Position numbers and translations under genes: made by a program | Notes under the pieces: generated by a model | What the model saw: only the letters and a program-made list of their open reading frames with translations | Told to the model about the DNA's origin: nothing | Database searches by the model: none | Shown here: positions 41,424 through 54,197 of the stretch, piece after piece | Layout: each line of letters starts with the position of its first letter | Numbering within the stretch: the stretch's first letter is position 1 | Assembly: GCA_904063045.1 (NCBI GenBank) | Contig: CAJFCJ010000014.1 | Location: 806,001-870,000 of the forward strand | Reading direction: 5' to 3' | From: Dimorphilus gyrociliatus | Taxonomy: Eukaryota > Animalia > Annelida | Length of the DNA: 64,000 nt

Positions 41424-41725
41424 CATCTATGTCTAATAATACAATTACTATCTACCAATTTTTTACTTCATAGTATATAGGTATTTCGTGCCTGTTAAGA
41501 GATACGTGATAGCTTAAAGACGCATAAAGATATATGTATGTAAAGGATTAATAGATTATTTTACGACTTTATTACTTTTTCCTCTCTCTCTCTCTCTCTT
41601 AGAGAGGTTTATTTACATAGAGAAATTATTCATTAATTCAATTAAATTCTTTTTATTTTTTATTTATTAAATATATACGAATAATAGAGGTTAATGGCCT
41701 AATTTAACAAATGTGAAGGTCATAT

Positions 41726-42208
41726 TTAAATAATAGATGTTTTACTGTTTGTAAAAATTGGATTATTCTCTCTAGATATAATAGCATTATTTGTTAAACG
41801 GGACTGGATGATAGTATCTTGCATTAGTTCTTGACCTATTCTGTGATCCAACTCAGATGGTGATAATACTATATCAAATTGACCTTTTCTTATACTTTCA
41901 ACTCCAATTTTAAGTAAAGCTTTTAAACCGTTATTTTCAGCAATTAAATCGCCTTCGTTAGTCTTATTAACCTTATATTCTATATTCAAACTATTCAATT
42001 CTTTCTCGTACATATTTAATAACATTTGATGTTGAATTAATTCTAAACGTCTATTTTCTAGCCCCTCTTTTATACCTCTCAAACTCGATTCAGAACATTG
42101 AAATTTACCCATTGCAGAAGCTAAATCTTTTCTCAAAATATCAATTTCACCTTCAATTAAAGCTTTAACAGTTTGATTATCACGATAAGTTTTATCTTTC
42201 TTACTCAT
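41726..42208 (-). CDS. Hypothetical 160-aa coiled-coil protein
   Basis: Intronless ATG-to-TAA ORF with heptad-like charged composition, long for this AT-rich background. No family recognised. Confidence 0.5.
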   Translation of the reverse strand: MSKKDKTYRDNQTVKALIEGEIDILRKDLASAMGKFQCSESSLRGIKEGLENRRLELIQHQMLLNMYEKELNSLNIEYKVNKTNEGDLIAENNGLKALLKIGVESIRKGQFDIVLSPSELDHRIGQELMQDTIIQSRLTNNAIISRENNPIFTNSKTSII

Positions 42209-43253
42209 TAAATTGTTTTTTTTTATTATTTTTTTTTAAAAAAAAACTTTATACTTTATTATTTTAATACTTTTTTTTGTTGTTGTCCCTTATATACCTG
42301 TTTTAAATATAATTCAAATATTCAAAAAATGCTGTATGAAAATATAGAGGAAATTTTTTAGGGGGGACCTTTTGTAAATAAAACGTGTGAAATTATAAAA
42401 AAAACTACAAAAAAAAATCAACATTTGTATTGCCTCTAATTCACTCTACAATCGTAGTAGTTGTAAACAAAATTCAAAAAAGAGAGAGTGAGAGAGAGAA
42501 AATTCAAAGAAAGACGTAGACAAGAAACGAAGAGGAAAAGCTTCTTATCGTGAGATAATGATTCTTCTATCTATCTGCATTTAAACATTTTTTTCTAGAT
42601 GATTCTCCATGTGCTATTTTTTATCACGTACGACGTGTAACAAGAGACAAAACATTAGAAGACGCATATAAATTTCATTAATATTCATCTAAACATTAAG
42701 ATTGGTAGTAGTAGTAATAATAAAACTACGATCCAGTGCAAGAAAACAAAAACTAACAATGCATTGATGTTTTTGTTTTGTTTTTTATGTTTTGGCTTTA
42801 AATGTGCGTCGAAAGCGTTGAAAAATACTTTTTTTTAATTAACGGCCGACAACGATAGAAAGTGTACATAAAAAAATATTTCAAATTGATTATTTGTTAA
42901 TTAATAAATTAATTAATCAATCAATCAACCAATCAATCATTTTAAATGAAGGATAAGAATTTTTTTCTTAGTGATATCGGTATTCTTATCTTTTTTTTGT
43001 GCTGAACGACTAATATACTATATACATATATATATATATATATATAATAGTATATAACATAAAAACTGTGTGGTCAATGACTTTAAAAAGATGGAAGATA
43101 AAAAAGAATTAACAAAGAATTTATAAGCAAAAAATGTCAAAAATGATTAAGAATTTCACAAATTCCTTTATAAAAAGGAAAAATGAATTTTTCTTTTTCT
43201 TCTCAGCAGTTTCAAATTTGATTTGAGCAGAGTGAAAGTCGCAAAACAGCTTT

Positions 43254-44845
43254 TTAAATATCGGTCTCTAGAAGAACTTGATTTTTAACTGAAAAGTTCT
43301 CCTGTGAGCTATATAAAGAACCCTGAGATGTAGACATTCTATGACGTTCAATTGGTGTCATGGTAACTGAATTTGTGTCTGAACCTTCTGCTAACCTACG
43401 ACCAATTTCAAGTCTTTCCGGTTGATATTTTACCGGTTCATCATTTACACTAGCTATTGTCGGTATACTAGGCGCATAGGCCAGATTAGAATGGTCCATC
43501 TCTCCGTCTTTAACTTCTAATTTCTTTTCTTTCATTTCTCTTTTCTTTAAATAGTACTGAGACATAAAGATAAGAGCAGCAATAATAATGAATCCTAGTG
43601 CAGCCATCGAGCCAACAAGTGCTCCTAAATGATGAAGAAGAAGAAAAAAGGATTAAGTAATCATTGATTATTTATAATCGGCAATTATACGAATGATTTA
43701 TAACAACTTGAAAAAGAATGTCATAAAGATAACGAGAAAATAAAAAAGAAAAACTTTTAATGGTAATGATAAATCCCTTTTTTCACGAAATTGTTGAAAG
43801 GGTCTGTTATAGTTCAAATACCCTTTTTTATATCTTCAATAAGGAAATTTCTATACATCATTTCTATTAAACAGTAAAATGTTTTATATAGTCGTTTTAT
43901 TTCGACAATGAGAAGCTTTTTCTTCTGTCGAAACGAAATCTTAAATAAGGTCCTATTATAGTAGGCTAATGACAATAGAATTTGGCAGAGAGTGAGAGAG
44001 AGAAGGAAGAGAAAGAATGATAAAAAAAAGGGTTTGGGGAAGAAGATTAATAACATAAAAATAAAGATAAGTAAGCTGAAATATATATATATATATATAC
44101 ATTATATAGGTGTTATTTTTCTTAGGTTTCTACAGTAAAAATAGTTAAAATACACCATTTTATATGTATAAATACTCAATCTAGGCCTATAGCATATGTT
44201 TCTTCTTCTATTTCATCGTTGATCATAAATAGTTAATACAACTTACTTTTAGCTGTACTTGTATCGTCGGTAGACTTATAACCAGCTGACTTTGGCGACA
44301 CGTATTGTTTGCAACCACAGTCATCAGGAGCTTTATTCATCTTTGTTGCACAGGTAATTTGTACATGAAGATCGCTGCTATTAATTGAAATTTTCGATTG
44401 AAAAATTCCTCTTTCGTCATTACCATAAAGTCTTAACTTAAAAGAACTGCCAAAGCTCATTTTAGCGTTAGATAAACCTGCGCAAATCCATGTTGTTGAC
44501 CTGGAATCTATTATTTGAACAGAACCTTCGCAACTTTGTTTTTCGCCAGATAAATTCATTTTCCATATTTCAAAGGAAAGTGTAGGCTTCTCTTTGTATT
44601 GAAAATTAAAATCACATTCGCAAAATTCACCCTTTTTTGGCGCAGTAGCATTTAAGAAACCATTGGTATATTTTTCGTATACTTGAGATTCACATAAGTC
44701 GATATCTGTTCAGAAAAAACCATGCTCTCTATCACATATGACATTTATTTATTTATAACAATTATAAATAATATACACCTTCGGTCGCAATTAGCCCAAA
44801 AGAATAAAATATTGTTGAATATATTATATACAAAATTAAAAACAT
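43254..44845 (-). CDS. Type I membrane protein with a CUB-like ectodomain
   Basis: Exon 1 is a signal peptide (MFLILYIIYSTIFYSFGLIATE). Exon 2 has DLC...CECDF...CEGSVQIID...IC, a CUB-like Cys spacing. Exon 3 has a TM helix (ALVGSMAALGFIIIAALIFM) followed by KKR and a cytoplasmic tail. Phase-1 junctions are compatible. Confidence 0.65.
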
Positions 44846-45275
44846 GGCGATTATAATGCAGACGACAACCGTGGGAAAAAGCCTCTGTTCAGGTACGGGC
44901 TGCAGTCACCCTCCCTCCAGATGGCATTACTATCGATTTGGTGGGAGATTTTTAAGTATAGGCCGAATTATTCGTGATTAGAACTACTAAACGATAAATC
45001 ACGAGTCGTTAGTAATAAGAATGTGCATATTATTTAATTTACTACTCTTATTTTAAGAATAATAGTAAAAAAAAGCATTTCTCTGTCATATTGAACACTA
45101 TTATTATATTGAATATATTATATGTTTAACGAAGCGATTTAATTAGGCTAATGGCTTCATCGAGAGCCGAATAAGATCGTGCTAAGAAGAATTGCTTTTC
45201 AGATTTGTCAAAGTGGATTAAGAAGAAATGTTTTGTTAGACGGAAACTCTCACTCGTCGAATGGTTTAAAAGCAA

Positions 45276-45848
45276 TTATTCGTAATAAACGCCAAAGACG
45301 GACACTACAGCAAACAAATCGTTGTGTCGGAACGTAACTGTAGCATAATTATCATGTTCAATGTTCCACAAACACCTTGTAGCGTATTCAATCCCTTGCT
45401 GTTTTTCCTGTCCTAGTACTACATTGACGACAATCTTGTGCCTTGTATAGCCGAGTTCTTTTATTCTTCTCTTAACGTCATCGGCTAGAAACTTGCATAC
45501 GGACGAACATTTCTTCACGTTGTAAGTGTTGGTCTGCGCCAGGAAAAGCTTTATAGAATCTTCTATTGGTTGTTTTACTCTGTGAACGCAGAAGCGTTGT
45601 TCGTCATTCGGTTCCAAACGAAAAGTATTTTCCATTTTTATTTGCGGACGGGCTTGTTTACTGGAGACGGAACTTCTTCCTCCCTTCGTCATACGCCATT
45701 TGGATATTTTACGTTTCATCATCGTAAGTGCTCCAAATCCACCCATACCAGATCCTTCACCTTTGCCAAGAGCTCCGAGACTTATTCTAGATCTCTCTGG
45801 AGGAAGGTACGACTCTCTTCTAACTCTATGCGGAGATTCCTCAGCCAT
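45276..45848 (-). CDS. DYNLT5: Tctex1 domain-containing dynein light chain (TCTEX1D1-like)
   Basis: MENTFRLEP...RRIKELGYTRHKIVVNVVLGQ...GIEYATRCLWN..HDNYA....NDLFAVVSVFGVYYE; intronless. Exact paralog assignment is uncertain. Confidence 0.85.
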   Translation of the reverse strand: MAEESPHRVRRESYLPPERSRISLGALGKGEGSGMGGFGALTMMKRKISKWRMTKGGRSSVSSKQARPQIKMENTFRLEPNDEQRFCVHRVKQPIEDSIKLFLAQTNTYNVKKCSSVCKFLADDVKRRIKELGYTRHKIVVNVVLGQEKQQGIEYATRCLWNIEHDNYATVTFRHNDLFAVVSVFGVYYE

Positions 45849-47744
45849 AATACTGAAATATTGTATAAAGTAAAAAACTATATTGCGTCGTGTCCTTTAT
45901 ATTTATATTTTCTCTTTCTCTCTCTCTTCCTCTTCTTTTTTTGTTTTAAGCTCGACAACAATCTTCACAAAAGCAAGTCCGAAGGTAAAACTAGCTCTGG
46001 ACTGATTTTGTTAGTGCACCAGTAAAAAACTCGTTTGACAGCGCCACACTTTTAAACAAACAAACCAACAATTTCTATTTATTGACCATATAGCCTAAGA
46101 TATAAAATACGAATTATTTTAACGCCTTCTCTTTGTAAAGTAGCTCCAAAAGAAGAAGAAGAAAAAAGCAATTTTATCTTTCCTCTCTTTTCAAATCGTT
46201 AGTTACTTCAAATAAACAAAAATAGACTGACTTTATCAATATTTCGCATGAATTCGATTAAAAAAAAAGAGGATGGCGCACGCATATATTAACATAGATA
46301 AACACTTGAAAAATCTCTTCTAGTGTTTATTCTCACCATCGCAAATTCTAGTTAAAATGCTTCAAACCTGTTTACAGTTCTCTCAAAGTGTTTCGAATGT
46401 ATACAAGTTTAACTGATAGCGGTGTATCGCCCGAGTAAACTTAATCTCTTTTTGATAAAATAGTTCGGTATAGAGTGTTGCGAAAAACGGCTGTTTACTT
46501 TTATTTAGTTAACTCTATACAATACGTACATTAGCTATATAACAAGACTTTATGAAAATATGGTTTTTCTTTCTTTACATTGTCGCTAATATTTTTACAA
46601 CTCGTTGACATCAATATGAAGAATGGCTGACGATTATTACTCAAACTATGTGGGGGAGAGTGAGAAGAGAGAGTAGATAAAGGAATATCTATATAATACA
46701 TATATATATATATGTGTGTATGTGTGCATGTGTATAAATGAGTGTATAGGTCACTCTTTTGTTTACGAAAGAGAAAAGGAAGTAAAGGTACTCTTATTGC
46801 TTAAACTCGTACTGCCATCTATGGGTCGTTTATGTTCTTATTTTAAAATATTTCTAAAGTTAATAAGATCAAGAATAAAATTGCAAATAGTAGCATCTGT
46901 GCGGGATTTAACTGCATACACGATCGATGAAGAAAAGGTCAGAGTATTTAAATGCAGAGAGAGAAAAAAAAGTTTAAACAGCAATACTACGACTGATCTA
47001 GATACGAAAAACTCTAATCATCAGGAAGAGGATACGAGAGGAGAAAAAATAAGTTTTTTTTATTATTGAATTAAAAAAATGGAAAGTAAAAGGCTAATAG
47101 TTGAAAGGGAAGGAATAAGAAAAAAATATATAAAGCCTTCTCAGGCCTATCTTGTTTTTCTCAACTTAAGCATGCAATAAATATTCACAATTCATAAGTT
47201 AATATTAGAAAAAAATTTTTTTTTATAAAAAAAAGAACAGAATAAAACAGTCCAAAGAAAATATTTTTTTCACGACTCACATAGAAAAATGATAAAAAAA
47301 AATAAAGAAACCACGAAAACATTCAAGTATGTCAAAATAAATAACGTATTCCTATTTACACCCCAAAAATATATCTATATATTAGTGCATGTTTACGTAA
47401 TCTGTATATCATTAAATAATTAATCAATATACAGTATTTATATATTTTTCCAATGTAATATTATAGAATTCTGTAACGTACATAAGTGTGATATATACAT
47501 ATATTTCTATTCTAAATGTTTCAAACCTTTCATCAACTTTTTTCTTCATAAATAAGAAAAAAGAAATTCCTTGATATCGATTTCCTTCGGCTGGCTAATA
47601 TTATCCGGAAACGAGAACCTACCGGAATTCTCTAGGAGAAGGGCAAAAATCCGGAAGAAATGCTTTGTACTTAAAACAGCCGTATATTATTTTGTACTCT
47701 TTCTCTTTTCTTTTTATCTTTTTATACCGACCTCTGCTTCCTGC

Positions 47745-47775
<31 letters not shown>

Positions 47776-48584
47776 CCGCTCTACATCCGTCTCTCTTTCT
47801 CACATATACAAGCTATTCCCTATTCGATGCTAAATATTGTAACGTTCGAAATACGCAATTGATAAAGTATTGCACAATACTTGTAGACGTTTATATATTT
47901 TTGATTGTACAAATAAAAACTCTCAAAGCATATAGTCTATATGTACAATGCACATTTTAAAAAATAATAAATTGAATAAATCAACCACTCCCCTATTCTT
48001 ATTAAGTCACAATTTATTATCGGACGCGACTCTATGCAAAAAAACTTACGAGAAAAAATATGGCAAAAAAAAACGTTTGCATTAAATGCACATCAGTCAC
48101 AGTTTGCATACAATTTATGTTATTCGAGTTTTTTTTTTCTTACGACGTTGGTGGGCCAATCACAGTTTGTCATAATTAAAAAGCACCAAATCGTTAGTTT
48201 AATGTAGTATTTCTTTTCTTTTATTTTTTTTCTTTTTTTCCATAACAAAAAATGGAAAAGAAAAAAAAAAAAGAAAAACCAAAAAGAAAAAAGGAAAACA
48301 ACAATTTTTTTTAATACGATTAATTTTTTTTTCATTGTTTATCATCCTCACTTATTATCAGCTTCATATATCCTTCTTCAATTATTAATATTATTATATT
48401 TGCTGTCGATGTTCATGTATCTTGTTGTTGTTGTTGTATTTAGAAAATAGAGTATTTAATAAATAATTGTTTTCATTTTGTTATTTTCAAAGCTTTCTTT
48501 GCCCCTCTTTTTTATATATATATATATATATAAAGATTTGAATAAATATATGTTGAAATATATATATATACATTAATATTTCTT

Positions 48585-51500
48585 TTAAAAGCTTTTAGTT
48601 CTTGATATTTCTTTTGGCGGCGTTTTTTCTTTATTTGTTGTGCATTCTCGTAGCTTAGCTGTCACTATCCGAAGGGATTCTATCAAGAAAAAAATGAACA
48701 ATGAAAAAGAAAAAGATTATTATCACATTAAAATATAGGTTAGACTGGATGGTCTAAAAATAGGATGTGTTTTTTATTTTCTTTTTTTTCCTTTTCAGAA
48801 AAATAATCAGAGCGTGGAATTGAAGAAAGAGAGAGAAAGAGAGAAAGAGAATGAGAAATAAGAAAAAATATTTAAAATGATACCAACCTGCTAATTCTCT
48901 CTGTTGAGTAAGAAGATTAGATCTATAAACTGCATTGACAGCGTCTTTGCTATTAGGGTCCGTTTTTGGACGTTGACTTCGTTTAGTTATCGAACGTTTT
49001 TTCTCAATTGGTAGCTCTTGTTCTTCGCGAGCATCCTCATATTTATCATTTGAATCTTCTTCGGGTTCAATACTTGTTGTTTCGGCTTTTATCATCTCGA
49101 TTTCAATGCGAGACTCCGAAACAATTGATATTGTTTTCTCCTCTGCAATCGAAACATTCGATTCAGCATCATCTTCTGTTTCATCAACAGTTACTCCAGC
49201 TATTTTAATTGTTTCCTTTTCAGTTGGAGTATCAATTAAGACTGACGTTTCAGTTTCCTTTTCATGCTCTTCTTCTTCGTCAGATTTATTTTCCAGGCCA
49301 GGTGAGACTGGCGGAATTGTTTCGGTTACGACTAAATTATCATGTTCGACAATCTGTGGTTTTAAATCGAAATATTTCTGTTTTTCAGTCGGATTATACT
49401 TTGTAATCACATTGAAAAGAGCAGAAAACCAATGATTTCTTTCCGTCTTAGTACTAAATTGTAACTCGTATAAAACAGCAGCACCTTTTTTGCCGTCAGT
49501 AAAAACTATTAAGCCTTTATTCTCGGCAGCATTTTCTTTAACTTGAGCCTCTCTCAAATCAATAACAGGCGATGGTTTAGTGTCCACAGCATATGAGGAA
49601 TTAGATTTAATGTAATTTAAACAATATTTGTCATCTTTTTTATCAAATAATATAAAATACGGGTCTAAAAGGACTCCGTAACAATTGGCTTTACGATTAT
49701 TCTTAAAACTCATATAGCCATGCATAAGTAATTTCAATCCGGAGTCTTTAGAAAGTCTAATGTTATGATGGGGATCTTGGCTCGGTAAACGATTGTCTAA
49801 GTTTCTTTCAATTTCTTGAAATTTCAATTCGTTCTCGAAATCTTTTTTCGCGTTGTTCACGTACTCGGCTAGGGTTTTAGAATGCCTAATTGCTTCTAAT
49901 AGCAGATTATGATCTCCAATTGCGTCTGATGTATTCTTTAGTAGAGTTTCCATTAATAGGGAATACCTCGGTATTCTTAGTGCCTCGGCCACAAGGAGAC
50001 TAGACAAGCTCTGCTTATGACATCTCGGATCCTTAGCTTTTTCATCCAAAAATGTATGAAATCTCGGATCCTTTTTTCGTCTTTCTTCGACGTCAGCTTG
50101 AGCTGATTGTTGCCTTTTTGTAAATAAGGCAGTTTCATGTTTTAAACGATCGCCGTTTTCACCAGAAAAGTGCTCTATGAAAACATCTCCGATACGTTCG
50201 ACGATTGGTCCATCCTCTCGTCGTTTCTTTAAGGCCTTTTCCAAACTTTCGTGCATAACGATAATCTTATCGAGATTAGGAAAAAGAGTCTCTCTCATAT
50301 CGTTCGGTACGATTCTAGATTCTTTCATTGGGTCATGGTAAACCTCTTTGAGAATTGTTAATCGTTTTACGTGGTTACTTTCCGAACAGATTATTTCGTT
50401 AATGAGTTCCTGCCGCTTGCGTTCTTTCGATTTCAAATTTTTTAGGAGTTTCTTTGGAATGAATTGATCTATGCCTGGAATAAACGTTAGCGGATCTTCA
50501 CCAGACGATCCACCGTCTTGAGATGGCATAGCGGTCGTTTGTATATTCTCTGTTGACCCACTATGCTTTGATCCACTGATCGGATTGGACGTAGGTCGTG
50601 GTTGATCCGTGACGATGTCACTGTTATTTTAATTAATAAAACTTATTATTCTTTTTCAAATTTTAATATTACTAAGCCAATTAATTAAGTAAATTAACTA
50701 ATTAAAAAATTTCTTTTAAATGTTTAGATTAAAAAAAAAAAGAGAGAAAGAGAGTAAAAGGGATTGATCGATTAAGACAAAATTAGATTAATTTAAACAA
50801 TTTTTTTAACGGAGAAAATGATTAGTAACGGTATGCTGTCGTTTATTTTTTTTTGTTTTTTTCTCTTTTCAAACAACATAGTTAATTAAATAAGCTGAAT
50901 TTTTTAATGAGTCGTTAAAGAACAATGACAAAAAAAAACAACTTCATGCGTTTTTTAATGAATTGAACGCTCGCCAAAAACTTTCAATACGCTTAAAAAA
51001 CATTAACTAAAAAAAAGGCAAGCTCGGGATGTGAAATTTCATCACCTGCGAGTTCGGCGAACGGTTTTAGCTCTACGCTGCTGAACTGGCCTATTCAGGC
51101 TTTCCGAACGGTTAACCTTGCTGCTGGAAAATGGGATGCGTGTGGGTTTTTTGATTCGTTTTATGCTTTTTTTTTTAATCGCGTTTATACAGAGAAAATA
51201 ATTAAGAGATATTTATATACAAATATCTTGTTTAAATATCTTATATCTATATCTATTTATATTCACATACTTATATACAGTATATTTACTTGAATACTTG
51301 GGTATGCTTATAAATAAATATACATATAAAAGATATAAGATAATGAAAAATGAAATTAAGAAAAAAAAAACAGTAAAAATGAAATAATAATAAATATTAA
51401 AATCTATACGTTCAGTAAAGCCGCGTATAGAAGAGAAATTTAAAATGTTTTATTTTTTTTTTTTTAAAAAAAACTATTATAAAAACTAAATTTCAATCTG

Positions 51501-54152
51501 TACTCACTTAATTTGGCAGGGACCATCACCTTCACGATCTCCTGGTTTTTTTTTAAAAAAAACAAAAAAATACATATTTTAGAATAAATTTAAATAAAGT
51601 AATTTATTAATATTATAAATTTTTCTTTTTTTTCTTTTTTTTTTTTTGCGTATTAATTTTAACTTTAATTTTATTTTTGCTTTGTTTGTCTTTTTAGCTT
51701 CTTTTTGTTTTATATAAAAAAAAATGGTAATAAAAAAAAAAGAAGCTAAAGAGCAATTTAAACAAAACAAAAAAAATATTGATTAATATTATGAAAAAGT
51801 AAAAATAACTATATTACGACAATAACAAATAAAAGAACAACAATAAATTAATTAAGCAAAAACCAGTAAAAAAAAAAGAAAAGGTAAAAATCCCAGGTTA
51901 ATTAGTTGGTAGAATTAAAATAAAGAAAAAAGAAAACGTTGTTGGTGATTTATGTTGAGAAATAGATTTCTTTTCTTTTTCTTTAATTTGTATAATGTTT
52001 TGTTTTCTTTTTTTTTTTTTTTATTAACATTTACCCTCATCTGAATCTTCATCGTGAAATAGTGATGGTATAGGACTACGTCGCTTAACTCTAGGTGAAC
52101 GTGGAGGATTTCCGTGACTTGGTAGAGTCATAAGTGTTTCGGCTCGACTAACTTTTCTACCTGACGTTTCCAGAGCTGAAAACAACAAGCGTGCCACCAC
52201 AAGCATAAAACAATTGCATCTTATACATTCTATTTTCTTTCTTTCTTTTTACATTACTCTTTTTTATTTTATATTTTGCTTCTTTTTTAAGTTTGGAATA
52301 GATATATATATATATACAGTAAAAGTTTAAATAATATATATACAGTATATATATACTGTATATATACTATATATATATATATTCAATTAAGATTATTTCA
52401 TTTGAAATTGTAATTTAATAGAATTAGGACAAATATTTGTATAGGCCCAATTACTAAGAACTGAAACTAGATGCAATTGCCCTTCTTGAAAACGAAAAGA
52501 ATACAAAATGAAAATAAAAAAGGTAGTAAAAAAAAAATAAACAAAATAATAATAACACCAAAGAAAAAACTTTAAATAAAAAAAAAAACACTGGCACTGC
52601 AAAATAAACAGCAGCCTACCATCGTTCTCCCCTTCATTCGGAGGGGGCATTTTCGAAAACGAATCGGATGACTTTAGCGAAGTTGGAGAAACTAATGTGC
52701 TACTCTCCACAGGACCTTCAGGTACTGAATATATTTTATATATACATTATATACGTATGTTATTGCTTAAAGAACATAAGTTTAATAATAATTAAATAGA
52801 GTATATGTATATATATATATTTATAATTTACTATCTTGTAGTTACTTGCTAATATTATAAAATAATACTTAAAAAACTAGTCTGCTACTTTTATAGTATC
52901 TATGGTATCTTATCTAGTTAAAATATGTATATAAAAATTTATATCTATAGAAAAGTAATAAGAGACTTAAGGAATTCGTTGAACATTGAGATAAAGTATC
53001 AAATTTTGGTGTACTCACTCTGATTCGGCCTACGACTAGCCGAGGGTTTCTTCTTGCATTTATCGACTACTTGAAAACAGGATCTGTGAACTCTCATCTC
53101 ACAATTGGAACAATAATAGCATTCCCTTCCCCATAGTGGAATTAAACAATTATCGCAGAGGACAGTAGACAGATCGTTCAATTGTACGCTGAAGGTATGA
53201 TTTTTTCGCGAAAAAGAACGACCTTTACCGAAATCGATAAATTTGGTCATGGAATTTCGATAATGCTTTTCTTTAGATAGGAAGAGGGGTAATTGCATTT
53301 TTGAATTGTACTGTATCTCGCTTTGTTTCAATGTTGAATGCAAGGCGCATAGACGAGCATATTCTCTTTCTTCGTCAGTATACTTCTTCTCGTTGTGAAA
53401 CTTATTCATACACTTTTCCATGTCAATAAACACTTCTTTTAATGTTTTCGTTGCGTCTTTTAGTTTATCGTCACTAAATTTAATGCCACCCGTAGACGCC
53501 CAGCCAAGACCTGTATGGGATGGTTGACATCTTGTTTAACATATCGAATAACATAAAAATCAATTACACATATTTTAACCTAAATGACCCCAACACGAAT
53601 ATGACGCAATTTAATGACAGATTGGTAATTATTAAATATCGCGTATCGTCAGTATCTTCTTACAAAATTTAATGTCATAATAGAAACTATAAAATTTCAA
53701 GGTGAAATTGCTTTTTTCCTTCTCATAGTTGATCAAGTGCGGTAAAGTTTAGCAAAAAAACATTAAAAGAGCGTATTCAAAGGCAATCCGTTCAATATGG
53801 AATAGAGTTACTTAATATGTCAGATATACGATGGACAGGATGTTTATTCAAAAACGGCTTTCAAAGGAACTAAAGACTTATTTGTCCAGGTTACCGGCGC
53901 TCCACTGTTTATTCGTCAAATATCTTCGACCATTCTTTGCGACGGGATACGTTTCGGAATTTCGGCGAAAGACTTCGATCTTTTATTCTATGTTTTTTTT
54001 TTTTTTAATCAAACTTTTCTTTATGAAGTATGGTAAATAGACCTCGAATACAATACGTCAATTTTTAACTTGAATTTCTATCCATATACTTTACAATACA
54101 ATAGGGGCAAAAGTTAAAAAGTTTTTATAATTGTTGTGTGACGGAGAGGCAG

Positions 54153-54197
<45 letters not shown>

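Noticed and set aside
45570-46025. 151-aa plus ORF opposite the Tctex1-domain gene
   Set aside because: Antisense shadow plus low-complexity flank.
47571-47960. 129-aa plus ORF with several CCGGAA motifs downstream of the RhoGEF
   Set aside because: Runs through a (CT)n microsatellite, with a non-ATG start and no domain. ETS-like motifs alone are insufficient evidence.
49008-49435. Overlapping plus-strand ORFs opposite the RhoGEF PH/acidic region
   Set aside because: Antisense to the large coding exon.
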